Part shown: piece after piece, positions 36,954 to 50,506 of the stretch
Numbering within the stretch: position 1 is the stretch's first letter
How the letters are laid out: every line of letters begins with the position of its first letter
Source of the DNA: Harriotta raleighana
Lineage: Eukaryota
Assembly: GCA_050575255.1 (NCBI GenBank)
Contig: JBNZDD010013610.1
Location: forward strand, 1,658,366-1,722,365
Direction: 5' to 3'
Length of the DNA stretch: 64,000 bases
Notes under the pieces: model-generated
The model's database searches: none
What the model was told of the DNA's origin: nothing
The model's input: the letters and a program-made list of their open reading frames with translations, nothing else
Position numbers and translations under genes: made by a program

Positions 36954-38575
36954 GTGTCTCCTGCAGAGTGATCTCGCTGGGATATGAAAATGTGTGCTAC
37001 AATGAGTCAATCACTAGGAACACCCAGTCACACTACAGTACTATTTTGGCCTATTTAATTTCTTCTTAACAAGATTTAAAATCTCAAGATGCAACACTTG
37101 TGGATGGGGTTGGAATGGAAAGTTTAATGACTAAAGCCACAAAAAGCTCAAATAGAATTGTTTGTAAATGGGAAGCTCTTTGATATGAATAAATATATGA
37201 TAGCATTCCTTACGATTGACAAGCGTGCTTATAGGTAGGAATACTGGGTAAGAATAAAAATAGAGTTTGGGAACTTGATGATTCCAATAATCATCAGTCC
37301 AGTCTACGTCGTTGCCATGTGGTTTGCAATTCAATGTTGCTGCCCATCAGCATACAACACAAAGCTAGAGAAATAGTGAAAGAGATCCTTCCAACGCTGC
37401 ATTCTTTTCTTTCTTAAAATCCCTCCTTTGCTGTACTCTGGGCTATTTGCAACTTGCCGATATCTGTTCCCTGACCTGCGCTCTGACTCTTTGATTTTTT
37501 TTTGCTTCAAGGCGATTTGCCTGCCGTGCAGAAGGCAAATCCCTTTGAGCAACAGCAAAGCATTCAGGAAGTTGGTGATGTTAGTGATGAGTCGAGGCAC
37601 AATTATGAGCTGGTTGAAGGAGGTGTGGAGGTGGGAATCTGTCCAACAGGCAATATCATTTCCAATGGCCATTGGGATGAAGAAAATTTGGGAAACATTA
37701 TTCTTGGCTGATCCAGAGGGTTAGTGGTTATTGCTACCTTCATCTGTGTTAGCTACATTTGCTTCCTTCACGATTTAATCATGTGCCTCACATTAAAAAA
37801 TGAATGGGTTGAATCAGATAACACAGGTTACTGTAACAAGTTTCAGCTCTGACTGATTCACCACATAGAGCACAGTGGAAGGAATGTGAGTTCTGCCTTA
37901 TGATTTTCGCTTGAGTATTTTTGAAATTTTTTATCCGTTTTTGTGAAACACACTGAAATTTATATGTAACAAAAATCCTATTTGAATGTTTAAGCGAAAG
38001 GGCTCAAGCTGTAGTGTGAAGACCCCATGGCAAAGAGCCACTCTCCCTTCATGGCTTTGCATCTGTGATCAAGAAGATTAAGTAACCCCTCTCTTCAAAA
38101 GGTTGTGTAAAATTAGTTTTCAGGAGTTTATTGTGGTAAAACAAAGCCTGAAAGAACCCGCAGCTCAAGAAACAAAAGGCTGGCTATAGCCTCTTTCTCT
38201 CCCCTTCACCGCCCTTTCTTCCTTGTGACTTAACACAGCAGTAAACACGTATTCATCTTTACATTATCTTCCAAACTTGATGAGATCATGCTTCCCCTTA
38301 ATCATTTTTGCAGGAGAATTTCAATGAAGCGTGTAGTCAGGGTGTTTTTTTATGAGGGTGGAGGGGAGGGGAGGAAAGTTATACTGTGATTAAGCAGTCC
38401 AAGTCTGATTTCCAACAGTGATTTAGCCAGTTCTGAATGATAATTTTTTTTAGATTGGTTTTTACCAGGGTTAACACAGTGTAATGTAACAGCTAATACA
38501 TGGGTTATTTGTTGTTGTTTTTTCTCTTGGAAAATAAGGACATCTCTATTTTTCATGTTCACCAACTTTCTCTCG

Positions 38576-38635
38576 TAGAAGAACATAGGAACAAGGAGCA
38601 GGAGTAGGCCATTGGGCCCCTCGAGCCTGTCCCGC
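38576..38635 (-). mobile_element. CR1-type LINE 3' terminus
   Basis: agaacataggaacaaggagcaggagtaggccattgggcccctcgagcctgtcccgc, the typical reverse complement of a fish CR1 3' end. Confidence 0.65.
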
Positions 38636-41600
38636 GTAAACTGATAGTAAACTGAGCTAAGAGAACAAAATATTCAGTATTGAGAGAGACGTATTTTTAT
38701 TCACTCCATATAGTATTATACTCTTTTTGGAGTATAGTTCCGGTTCTGTTTCAAACCAGATTAACTGGTATTCTGAGAATTTAAGAAGTTTCCAAAATTC
38801 TGAATGACCTTAAATGTTAAGGTAGCGATCTTAAGGCCGAGACCACGAGGATTTTCAGGTCTCTGGTGTCTAAACTCTGCGCACATAATTCTCGGGAAGC
38901 ATTTCAAACTGTTTTTGAGCAGTTTGTTTTCACAGACCCATTAAGCAAATATCTCAGCTCTTTACTGTCGAGTCGTATATAGCTGTCGGACACTTTGATT
39001 ACTTTACAAAATTGCAGGTTTGCTGTGTCTGACGGTAAATATGCAGATTTACTATAGCACCATTTTGGATTGTGCTAAACACAGCATTGTTAATGATTTG
39101 TCATGGCTTGTCCCCAGTTTAAAAAATTAAATGTCTTTGGCTTTCCTAAGTTCTGTCTCCCAAAATCATAGAAAGATTTTCTTTTGACACACGCAAAGAC
39201 ATTTGTTTCGCTTTTAACGTAGAGCGTGAGTTTGTGGGACTTTGACAGTGGTTGGAAATGGTGCACGATTCAATTCAGAATCAATCATTATCATTGAAAT
39301 TTTCCCAGATGAGAATACAATATGAATTGAAACACAAGTAGTAAATTGGGATCAAATCAGGATTAATTGGGAAAACAAGTAAGGGGAGTGTGTAGGTGGC
39401 AGTGAAGCCCTTTTTCTCTCGGACTTCATTTCCTACCACCCCACTGCTCCTAATCTTTTTCTCCTGGACTGATAGCATTAAATGTCTCTCTTTCTTCGAT
39501 GACGTAAGGGTTGTTATTTGAGGTTTTTGTTCTGTTTAAGTCCAGACAAACTGGCAGCAGTACCGAGCGGTTTGTCATTCAGCACAAATTGAAGTCTCAA
39601 GGATGGTTAGTAGAAGATTTGGAAAAGTTGACCTGACTGATAGTAGGAGGTGCTCTTCTGTGTTTCAGAAATGGGGGTTAGAATTCTTTGGGCAGAGCGG
39701 AGAGAGGGAGCTTTACTCTCTATCTTGCCTTTGCGGTACTCAATCCGTAGAGTTTGTTGCCTGTGGTGGTTGCTCAGTCATTTAACGTATGTGTGTCAGA
39801 GGATCTGTTATCATATTGTCTGTGATGTCACAAGGAAACACTCTCTGTTTGATGATGTTGAGTTTGAGAGTGTCTCTTGGCTTCTGCCAGTTCTCTTTGG
39901 TCATTGTAGAACCTCAGTCTCACTGCCTAACCGATCATTAAGATTGGAAGTCTGTAACAGCGTAAATACTCCTATGCTTCACCTTTGATTCCCATGGCTC
40001 AGGTTGAACCATCTGAACTTCAATTTGTATTTGTGTACTGTATCATCATCCTGTGTGTCTGTTACCCTATGTTTATAATGACACTCGGAAGTTCTTGGAA
40101 CCATTTGAAGGACATCTTTTTGGATTCGGGCAAAGACCAACCCCTCCCCATCACATCGCCAATACAGTCCCTTTAGGGCAGATGGAGGATCACCAAATAC
40201 TTCCTGCTAGTCTAAAGCCACACCCACCACTACTCATGGAATGCTTCCCATCTAAACCTTGCCCCCTGAGTTCCAGCCATCACCCGGATGATGCCTCTCC
40301 ATTGGTCACTCGCAGGCGGATGACGACGGCTGAGTTCACCTGAGGATCGCCCTGATCATCAGTTAGAGATTCAGGAAGCCTCAGAGGGAAAGCAGCGAGA
40401 CCACAATTTGAAACAGAGGTGAAAATCTCGACCCACCTTTGCTGCCGTGTTATCACCATCTGATAATTATTTTTCTTAAAAAAGCATTGTGGAAGATATC
40501 CATTCTGATCAGCGTTCTCTTATTTTTGTTGCGTATTGACAATGGCACCAGCCGCAAATGATGTGCTAACGCCTGACGGGAGTCGCAGCCCGGAGACGAG
40601 GTGTTGGCCGGATGCCAATGGTGCTGCCTACGTTTAGCTGAGACGGAGCCTCCTATGTTCAGCTGCTAATGCGTTGTGGTGTCCTGTTCAGCTGAGCCCT
40701 GCCCCCTCTCTCTCATCCTATTTTGTGATGAACACAATACGAAAGACACCATATGAAAGATTTTTAAAAAAAAATATTACAGTTCAGTATTTACAAAGAA
40801 AAACTAACCGTAACGCACTAAGTAAAGTGCAAAATTCTCAACGTGTAACGTGAACTGTAGGCATGGAAGTTGGATTTAAACTAGCTTTGTTTCAAGGTTT
40901 TGTATTATAATTATTATTAATAAACATAGTGGATTTTTTTTATCCGGTGGGCACCGCTTTCAAAACTTGTTTCACACGTTTCAGAGAGCGGCATTAAGGA
41001 TTCAAAATAGTTGCACACAAACCAGGGTATGTGGCTTTTTAATGGAATTTCCCATCATTACAAGCCAGTGATCTACATTTCTGATCAATGAAAATTAAAT
41101 TGCTTGAGTTCATCAGCTGCTCATTGTGACTAGACAGAGTCTGAGTGTTTCCCTGGTGGAGGTTCCAGTAAGTTTGTAATTCACAGTTAACTCGTTCACT
41201 GCTGGTTCAATGCTCCGTTTTGTTTTATTCTTTCATTCCCCGTGCATTGACTTCTTGCCGCTTTAAATATTTTCTGCCCGAATTTGATATGAGTAAGCTT
41301 ACACTCTTTGCCAAATTGCCAAATAGAGAGTTATTTATCCTATGCAGATTTGATAGGTGATATTGGAATGGACTCTTCAATATACAGTATATGAAACTGC
41401 AGCCTTGAATCCTTGCAGTTCCCAGGTAATCAGATGGAGGGAGAGCTCTGGAGGCTGATAAGTCTTGGTCTCGCTGGGTGTAACGACTTTTGGGGACCTG
41501 GCTCAGAAATGTGACTTGCTTCAGTGCATCATTGATGGGGAGTCTGTGGATAAACAAATGGTCTACACTGAGTGTCGGAAGCGCCTGGGAGTCTCTGGCA

Positions 41601-42938
41601 GGAGGAAAGAGAGATTTCTTTAAAAGATAAAGAGAAAGGAAGACACCATGAGGCATGATGCCAGCAATATTCTTGGGGAATCGAGATGCCTTTTCACCTC
41701 TGAGCCTAAATTTAGATGAGCACAGATGGACAGGAACAGTCTCCACTTTAAAAAGCAAAGACGGCTGGAGACGAACATAAATTAATTTATGAACCACAAA
41801 TGCAGCAATGATGTGGAACATTGGCCTACTGTTGTGTTGGTGTATTGGGCTTCACTCAAGTAACTCTACAGTAATGTGCTTCATATAGGGTAACACATAG
41901 GTGGATTGTGTTACAGGCCAATAACCTATTAAAGGATTCCGATTGCAACACAAATAGCAAGCGGAAAGCTTTTGGTGTATCGGAACCTAAGATGAACTGT
42001 GCTCCTGCTTATGTTTATTTATACTGTCCAAATGTTGGGGCTGGCTTGTTTAGTTTATGGTGAGATATTGCAGGTGAAATCACACCACTCACTGAAAGTA
42101 GCAAGCTTTATGATGATATTGTGAAGATGGCAGTGAATATATTGGGGTTTGTTTGTATGTGTGTGTTGAGGGGGGGAGATGGGCCTGTTTGGGATAGGGG
42201 GTTGTGGTTGTCCTGCGATTTATATCAAACGACTCGATGTTTTTCATATAAAGCCCAATCTGCACTCTTTCAGAAATTCCACACATATACTCAATGCAGT
42301 GAATAATGATCTAAAAACCACAAGTTTACTTTAATTGTGAATCCTTCCCATTTCCCACCAGGGGCAGTGGAGGAAGTTGGCAGGTCAAGGAAGTGGCTAC
42401 TTGTGGGAACTGCAAACTTTTACCAAGTTGCTTCCCAAAACACTCCCACCAGGGTCTCCTGATATCATGTGAAAGAGCAGAGGGAGCCTGGTATTACTGG
42501 TTTCTTGAAGTTGGCATTTTCCTTCAGCCAAATAAACCTGTTATATGGTTTGAAGTGTGCAGAAGAATATGTATCTTGGCCCTGAAAAGACTGAAAGGAA
42601 TATTGGACCTATCCATCTGGCCAATTTGAGCCCAGAAATAGCTTTGAGAATGTACTTCAATTACTTTTTCTTAATTCCAGCAACTTAAGTGCACATTAGT
42701 TGACTCCCACTTCACCGTCAAAATGGCAGCCTGTTCAAATGGACTTAATTGAGGGTATTTTGTTCACTCGGCTGCACTGAATTCAGCCCTACTTTCTCGC
42801 CCTTTTCTCTTTTTAAGTGGCCTTTTAATTTCTCTAGTTTTCATATTTTTTTGAGTGTGTGTGTTCAAAGTACCTTAAGCCAACAATCCTTTGGTCTTTT
42901 ATCTCAATTCCCTCACCTTCTCCTGTTTCTATGTGTGT

Positions 42939-43089
42939 AATAACGTGGTCACTTCAATCGACAACTGTTTGTGGGACGCTGCTGTGTGCAATTGGCTGCC
43001 ATGTTTCGCCCACAAAATTTGCAGTCAATTCAATTTACCGTATACCGTGTGATGCACTTTGAGATGCCTCAATGTAAGAATTATTATTA
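42939..43089 (+). mobile_element. SINE 3' half
   Basis: tggtcacttcaatcgacaactgtttgtgggacgctgctgtgtgcaattggctgcc...aatgtaagaattattatt. Confidence 0.8.
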
Positions 43090-44896
43090 CATTCACATTT
43101 TCCACCTTCGGAAGCCTTTTAATATGTGCCTCCATTGCGCTCTTCCGTTCCACGCAATGTGCGGCCGTGCCTTTTGAGAATGATGCATTGGCAAATGGCA
43201 GTCAAAGTTCCACTTGGCATCCTTTTAACCTATCAATAAAAGAGCCGTGACTTTTAATTGTTGAACAAAGAAAAGCTTTGGCCTGAATGAGAGCCATTGT
43301 GAGGAGCAACGTTAATCAATCTCCTGACACTGGTGGTGTTAGTGGTAGTGGTTGGTTTTGGTGGTTGGGGGGGAGGGAGAGGGGGAGGGAGGGTTGAGTC
43401 GACCTGTAGTCACCTACTGTTTTTATATATTATAAGCTCTAATTACATATCAGCGTTGACTGATGGGTGAGCCCTGAGCTGTACCGAGATGGGCATCAAC
43501 AGATTGTCAAGATCAGTCTGGGCAATGTCACTTTTCCAGATTAAAGGTGGAGACTCTCACAGACTCTGTTGCAGCATCTATCCTAGTCAATCCTGTTGGT
43601 ACTGCGGGAGAGTGCAGTGCAGTGGGGGAAGGGGACGTCCGTTGTTGGAGAAAGTTGCCCAGTGATCAATTGCCTTTTCTCCCTCTACTTCTGAGCAGTC
43701 TCAATTGTCACTCCTGCTTTGTTTAGACTAAGAGGGTTTTTTTTCTCTCCCCTCCTCTCTGGCTTCCTGCTGCTTGTGAAGCTGTTTATGCTAATAAACT
43801 CATTAGTGTCGAAGGCGCCTGTTTTTTTTAATCAGTGTGTGCAAAGCAAAGCATGTTTGTGCTGACATGCTGCCAACATTGGCACCCTCTTGCCAAGTGA
43901 ACAGGACAACTGATGATCAGCCGTAATGTGAAGAGGCACAGGAGTCGCAAGGCAACCTTCTCCGGCCTCCAGTGATGGTGCTTTTAAACTGTGTCGCTCC
44001 ATGTCACAACCTTAGCATATTTCACTTCCACTACAATCTAAGGAAGTTTGTCATTTCTTTTTTTTTAAAAAGAATTGCGGTTTAAGCCAGCATTGCCTCC
44101 AGCCTCTACCGAGCTGCCACCAAAGTCCGTGCATTCAAGGATAGCTCCATCTACAACTGCTAGTCTTGGCACTTTTTTATCCCTCCTTCCCTGTTCTGTT
44201 TCATGTATAATTTTCTGCTCTCTTGCCAGAAGTGTGCACCTGCCTCCAGCAACCATGCCCAACGCAGTGAGTGCAAATAGACCCTGTGCCTGTATTATTA
44301 CACACCCACTCTCTCAGAATTAAAGCGCAGGCTTGCAAAGACCAAGGTGAATGTGGGATGCAGGTGGTTTGTTGGTTTACTGAATTTTCAGATTCCGATC
44401 CTTCTTATGATCAGTTCTTTGCAGCTACTTGTCTTTGATGATGTTGTTGTTGTTGTACAAGTATTGCATTCTTGACTCGGGATCAGAAAATGAAGATCTG
44501 AATTTTTTTTCACACCTCTTTCTCGGATTGGAGGCATTTGGAATTCCTCCCTTCTTCCCCTCCACCCCTCCGCCTGATGAGGTCATGATTACCCCAGGTA
44601 TATGTTTGAGGTTTGGGGGGATAAGGGGGAAATCCTCACAAACCAGCCTGTACGCGCGATTACACTGTACCTGATATCATGTGATCCCTGGCAGTCAGTG
44701 AATACAGCTCTGCTTCACGTCCCCCCTACCCGACCAGCCCTAATCGCAGTGAACCACCTTTTAGCCGTTCTGAGCCCACTTCAACCCAGCCTTTAAAGCT
44801 TGCCTAAGAACTATCGTTTTGATCACACCTTCAGTCACCTTCTCCCCACCTTCCTTATATTTATATATATATATATTATATATATATATACATACA

Positions 44897-45150
44897 CAGG
44901 TATCCCCCAATTTACAACGCTTCTATTTACATTGTTTAAATTTAACACACCTAATTTTCAACAACTTTTTATTGATGTGCGACATTTGGTTTTGTTTTAA
45001 CGACAAAAAACATGGCTCATCGGTTTTGCGCATGCTCAGTAAATAGTGTATTTTGTGGGACCGCATGGGAAACCACGTTTCGATTCACAACGTTTCGATT
45101 TATGTATCTTTTTCAGGAATGCAAACCTGTCATAAATCGGGGGATACCTG
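44897..45150. mobile_element. Non-autonomous Tc1/mariner (Tigger-like) MITE
   Basis: TIRs caggtatcccccaattta (from 44897) and taaatcgggggatacctg (to 45150). Subterminal repeats include tttacaacg and ttcacaacgtttcgatttatg. The element lies in TA/TG microsatellite. Confidence 0.8.
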
Positions 45151-47880
45151 TGTGTGTGTGTGTATATATGTATATATACACATTATGTGACACAGATATG
45201 AGCGCCTGATTTCTTGAATGGCATCCCAAGCAGGGGAAAGCCGCCTGCATCTTGTGTCTTGAGCCAACCAGAAAGTGCAGCAAGTAAACCCAGCCTCGGA
45301 TTCCCCCAGCGTTTAGACACCTGCCATCCAAGGACTTGATGCTTTTTGTTCATGATTCCCCCAGATCCCTGTTTGAATTGGCACCAATTCCATATCGTCT
45401 GCACACACAAGGATATGTGAAGTGCCCTGAAAGAGCCTTTCTATTAGCTTACCAGTTAACTGCACAGGGGCTGCTTTCATCTTCCAGCTAATTGGAGTGC
45501 AGTTACAATTTCATGCTTTTTTTTCCCAATGTTGGTTTATCACCAGCAACGTTTACTGCATTCATGTGAATCATGTAATTAACCCAATGCTAATTAATGA
45601 TTAAAATTACACACTAAAGCTGTTAATATTTAATTCACAGGAAAGCGAGGCAGCTCCTCCTCTGGGCTGTATGGTATGAGTCACTTTGCATCCCGTCTGC
45701 TCTTCTGCACTGTTCCCTGTGTAGCGGCAGGGACCTTCCTCCTTTATTGAAATTAGGCACATCTGAAAGATTGTTTTGAAATAGTCTATTAGCATTTGAA
45801 TTAGCTGGGGGCGGTGAAGGAAGATATTCTGCTGAAGAAACGGTTTAGAAGTCATAACCTATGCGTGTTTTTACTCAGGAGAAGCTGTCTAGGCCCACAC
45901 GATATTGCCATGTAAAACCAGTGGGACACACAGTCCCACAGAGCCTGCTTTGTGCACTTGAAGCCCAAACCTTTAAACTATGTGACAGGAACAGTTCATT
46001 AATAAAAGGCACTGGTGGCAGTGTCCATCTCACAAAAATCCATTGCAGTCCTCGCTTTCTTTGAAAACGTACGGTTGCCATCAGTGTCCGTACACACAGC
46101 CCTTACAGTAGGCTTGTTCCTGCACGTCCTGATATGCCAGCCGTTTAGGAATGCAAATTTACAACATTGAGATGTGAGGTGACGACAAGGAAAACAGTTG
46201 CTTTATTAGTGCGTCTGGATGAAAGGTTAATTTTTTTTTTTTTAAAAGCAGTGTTACCTCGTACCCAGCATTCCTCCTGCTGTATTGTCTATTCAGCATC
46301 TTAGCATTGTCATAGGTATGTTTCCTTTCTGCCTGTTATCTCCATTTCCCCACCACCACCCACACCCTTGTCCCAGATGGAATCTTCTGTGCCCTTAAGA
46401 CCATTGATTCCCCATATTTTTCAAACGGAGGTTTGTTTTCTGACTTGGCACAGTTTGTTGCTGCTTTTCAACTCTGTGCTTCCACTTCTGGCTGGTGGTT
46501 CGCGTTGAATTGGGCTGAGGATTGTTGTGTGGATCCCTGTGGCGTGTCCTGTCTTGTCAACCAACCTGAGCGCACCACACAAACAATTCTTTCTTTTGTG
46601 TGGCCCGGCAGTGCACAAAGGGTTAAGCAGGTTCACTCCACCGCGCCTCCTCCCCCCCACCACCCCCCGAATATTTTGATTTCATTTTCCGTAAGTGTCC
46701 AGTGACTCTGGAAATCCGACTCACTGGAAGGTGGAACAACACCTCTGTCTTTCCTGAGATAATCTGAGAGCACGGACAACAAGGCTGGCCCCACTTACAT
46801 ACACCATATGACAAATGGAACATTTCGTAAACCAAGTTGACCCTCCTTCCCTCCCTAACTCCCTCCCTCCTCACCAAGTGAATTCAACATAAATCGCTAA
46901 AGCAAAAAGCAACCCCCCCAAACAAATCACGTTCGCCTTTTTAATTGCGAGGCCACAAACTTGGAATGGCTAGAGGGAGGGCAGGAGGGATGGATGAAAG
47001 ATAAGTAAGTGATGTTGCCCTGGGCACACTGACTGCATGTATGAACTTAAACAGTTTCCAGTCTATTTTAAAAACAGACTGATGGCAATAACTGAAGATC
47101 ATTGATTTTACGGGAATCCATGTTCACAGACGTAGAAATGATCGACCAGCAGGTTGACTTTTGCCTCCTTAAGTAAGAATTGACTCTGCTTTCCTGTATT
47201 GACTGAAAGGCAAGAGAGGGTTTTCAAGCAAATGCCTGAGTGCGAAGCGGCTTAGGAAATTCTTCTGTAAAGTTACCCCTGGGGGAAAATAGGCCGTACA
47301 TTGAGAATGGAGAATTTTAATGGGCTGCTGTTAATTTCTTAAAATAAACCATTGTGTTATCTCTGCATTAATAGGACAGAGGAGTATAGTTAGAAACAAC
47401 AATCATGCCTTCTATTTCTGTGTAGCCTCAAATATAAATGTGTGTCTCGGAGAGTGAGAAACAGTCAGACAGAGGGTTACAAAGGTTTTTTTAATGTTTC
47501 TTTTAAAAGTGCTCGACAAATACATCTAACCACACTTTTGTTTTGGGGATAAGAGCAGACTGTATAGTTTTAAAAGCTGAGTTGTAATGTCGGAAATTAA
47601 TTAGAGCTAACTTTTCTTTTACAACCCCTCTCCCACCATCCCCACCTTGCTCCCCTCCTCTCCCGAAGATGCTGACTCTTGCTTTGGTTTGGTTCCACAA
47701 ATGCTGGCGTTCCTCGCCCAAGTGTTTGTTCTTTATGAATTAGCATACTAGCCACAGTAAACATTTGGCCATGGGCTATGGGGGCGAATCACAGCTGAAC
47801 GGATTCCTGTCCTCGCTAACCTCCTCGCAAGCTCGTTTTCAAGTCTGTCGGAAGACGAGAATAGAGAGAGTAAAGTAATA

Positions 47881-47932
47881 CAACAACAAAATTACACTTG
47901 TATAGCGCCTTTCACGTCAGGAAGACATCCCA
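47881..47932 (-). mobile_element. L2-type 3' tail only (52 bp)
   Basis: Reverse complement of the tail at 60441-60492 (49/52 identical). Confidence 0.8.
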
Positions 47933-48204
47933 ATTGGGTAGCGATTAGCCATTGGAAGCTTGGCTGATATCTTTCCACTCCCTTTCTACAGAAATACTGA
48001 GGCCAAGTGTAACTCTTAAGTCTACACTGTGCGCATTCCATTGCTGCTACATCCTTCTTGTAATGTGGATACCAGAATTGGACTCCATATGAGGTCTGTT
48101 TTATATGATTTCAACAGCGCCTTGGGACATCCTCCCTAAACTCTATAAGATAATTTTGGTGTTGTTATTGTTTAAGGTAATTAAACTTCTTGTGCAAAAC
48201 ACTT

Positions 48205-48303
48205 AATCACTCCACTTTACAGCTTTACAGCATATTCTGTGAAGTGCTTTTAGATGTGCCCCCAGTATAAAAGACGCTAACCAAAAGTAAGGATTGTTCT
48301 TAT
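48205..48303 (+). mobile_element. SINE 3' fragment
   Basis: ctttacagcatattctgtgaagtgcttttagatgt...aaaagacgcta...aaggattgttcttatt. Confidence 0.6.
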
Positions 48304-48912
48304 TTGTAGTGATGTGTGCAACTAGTCCTCTGATCATGGATTTGTATTAGCTGTATTAACACTGATGATTTGCATGCATAACCTTGGACCTGGGTCTCTG
48401 GTCAGCACCAAGCATAGGTTGGCCTCTTCCATCCCAACTGTAGAAATGGAGCAGAAAGAATCTTGCACTTGATAGCGCGAGTGCTGTGAATGGCTGATGG
48501 TGTGAACAAGGTGTTAAGAGTGAGTGAGATGCTCAAAAGAAAGCCTGAGGCTGAAGATAAAGCATGCTGTCTTGTCCACAAGCCATTTCTTTCCATTTTC
48601 CCAGAGAAAATGCTTAATTAAGGATGACGTGCCTGTGTTGGCTGATAACTGGTGCAAGAGGTATGGTCAGAGAATTGAGTTTGTTTCCCTGAACCTTAAT
48701 GGAGTTGTTGGAAGAGCTGATCATGACAGTGACTGATGACCAAAGGATGAGCTGTTGAGCCTTGGCTGTAAGGCATGACCAGATGGAGCAGATGAAGGGT
48801 TTCCCTTGTACAGTGGGTATTGAATGCCAGAGTGGCTGTTGTCGTGGAATTGAAAGAAAGAGAAAGATGCTCTTTTGGAGGATAATTACTGATTTTCCCA
48901 TTTTATTTATTG

Positions 48913-48913
<1 letters not shown>

Positions 48914-48957
<44 letters not shown>
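48914..48957. repeat. (TG)22 microsatellite; a second copy, (TG)10, lies at 48997-49016 across an N gap
   Basis: Direct reading. Confidence 0.9.
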
Positions 48958-48961
<4 letters not shown>

Positions 48962-49893
48962 AGAGNAATTACTGATTTTCCCATTTTATTTATTGCTGTG
49001 TGTGTGTGTGTGTGTGAGGTAGAGGAGAGTCTCCTGGTGGCTGAGACCTGGTGACCATTTTTAGTACTTGTTCCTCTACTTGCAAATGATTTTTTTTTGT
49101 CTTTCGATGGTGAGGATGAAGATCTTAAACATGATCCGCTGAGGGTTAGGGAAAGAGACACCAGACACACACACACATGCACGTTTGTATGCGATTCAAA
49201 GACAATATGAAAGCCACCTGGGAACATGATCCTTTTTACTCTTTCCTCCAATACTCACATCTACACGAGAGCTTGAAGACATTTGGATTAATTGTCACTG
49301 CATTACTGGGGGAAAGGAGGAGGGGAGGGAGAATATTAACTTAAAAATTGAAAATTACATACACAATATGCTCCTGTCAATCTCACACCAGCGATCGAGT
49401 CCAGCCTCTGGCAGCTGACCTGTCAAACACTGGGCCTCATGAATAAAATGGTGTCACAGTCAAGCAGCGTTGGGAAAATCTGTCCAAAATTTCAATGTTT
49501 TTTTCAAAATGAGTTGCTTCACCCCACCCACCCCATTGTGGTAGGCACCCTCTCCTCCCCTTTCCTTCTCTCTCCTATGCCTCCCTCCGATTTTCCTGGG
49601 TAAATTGTACCATAACTATATAAATCTTGGAATACCTAATGGAACTTTCAAAAGTGAAATGCATTTAGAAAATATAGAATCTAATGCCCGAGTTCGTGGC
49701 CTTTTTTTTAGAATAAACACTTTTGGAGTAATCTTGCTTTTGAAACACCAACATCATCTTCCCCGAACTAGGACAAAGCAAATATTTGATAGTGAGTTTC
49801 AGGCTGGAGTTTGGACTTGGGCTGAAATCAGCACAAAAGGTGACAATTGTGTACAGGAGCCCACCCTAATCCTCTGCCGAGGTGCTTAAACCA

Positions 49894-50231
49894 TCCTACT
49901 GTGGCTCAGTGGTTAGAGCACTCGCCTTACATGCCTTACAAGCATGAGACCTGTGTTCGAATCCAGGCAGATCAGGGCAAATCCTTGGGCAAGTTTTCTT
50001 ACTCCACATGCCTAATAGTAATCCCTCAAAAAAAACCACAATAATAAAATTGGTCATTTCAATCCACGACTGTTTGTGGGACGCTGCTGTGCACAATTGG
50101 CTGCTGCAGTACGCCCACAAATATACAGTCAATTCACTTTACAATATATTCTGTGAAGCGCTTGGGGACGTCGATAAGATGCGAAAAGCACTATTTCAAA
50201 TGCAAGGATTATTATTATTATTTATTATTAT
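49894..50231 (+). mobile_element. Full-length tRNA-derived SINE
   Basis: A box tggctcagtggttagagc, B box gttcgaatcc and an (ATT)n tail; very similar to the 15490 copy. Confidence 0.92.
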
Positions 50232-50299
50232 TGTAACTCCTCACTGTAAATTATGGGGAATAAGACAGGGTTGTGTTATTTTAGATTTTTCTGAATTAG

Positions 50300-50506
50300 C
50301 ACCTGATAATCTCTCAAATAAAAACAATAATTTTTGGTCATTTCAATCCACAGCTGTTTGTGGGGACACTGCTGTGTGCAATTGGCTGCCGCGCTTTGCC
50401 CACAAATATACAGGCAATCCATTTTACAGTATATTCTGCGAAGCGCTTTGAGACGTCTAGAAGACATGATAAGGAGCTATATCAAATGCAAGGATTCTTA
50501 TTATTA
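50300..50506 (+). mobile_element. 5'-truncated SINE in tandem with the previous copy
   Basis: ttggtcatttcaatccacagctgtttgtggggacactgctgtgtgcaattggctgccgcg...atcaaatgcaaggattcttattatt. Confidence 0.85.

Noticed and set aside
37331-37672. ORF ending SFVLYADG, resembling the reverse-transcriptase YADD motif
   Set aside because: The catalytic motif is incomplete and no other RT blocks are visible. At most it is a very decayed LINE relic.
41225-41821. 198-aa minus-strand ORF
   Set aside because: No recognisable motif and no coding-like composition; compatible with chance in 64 kb.
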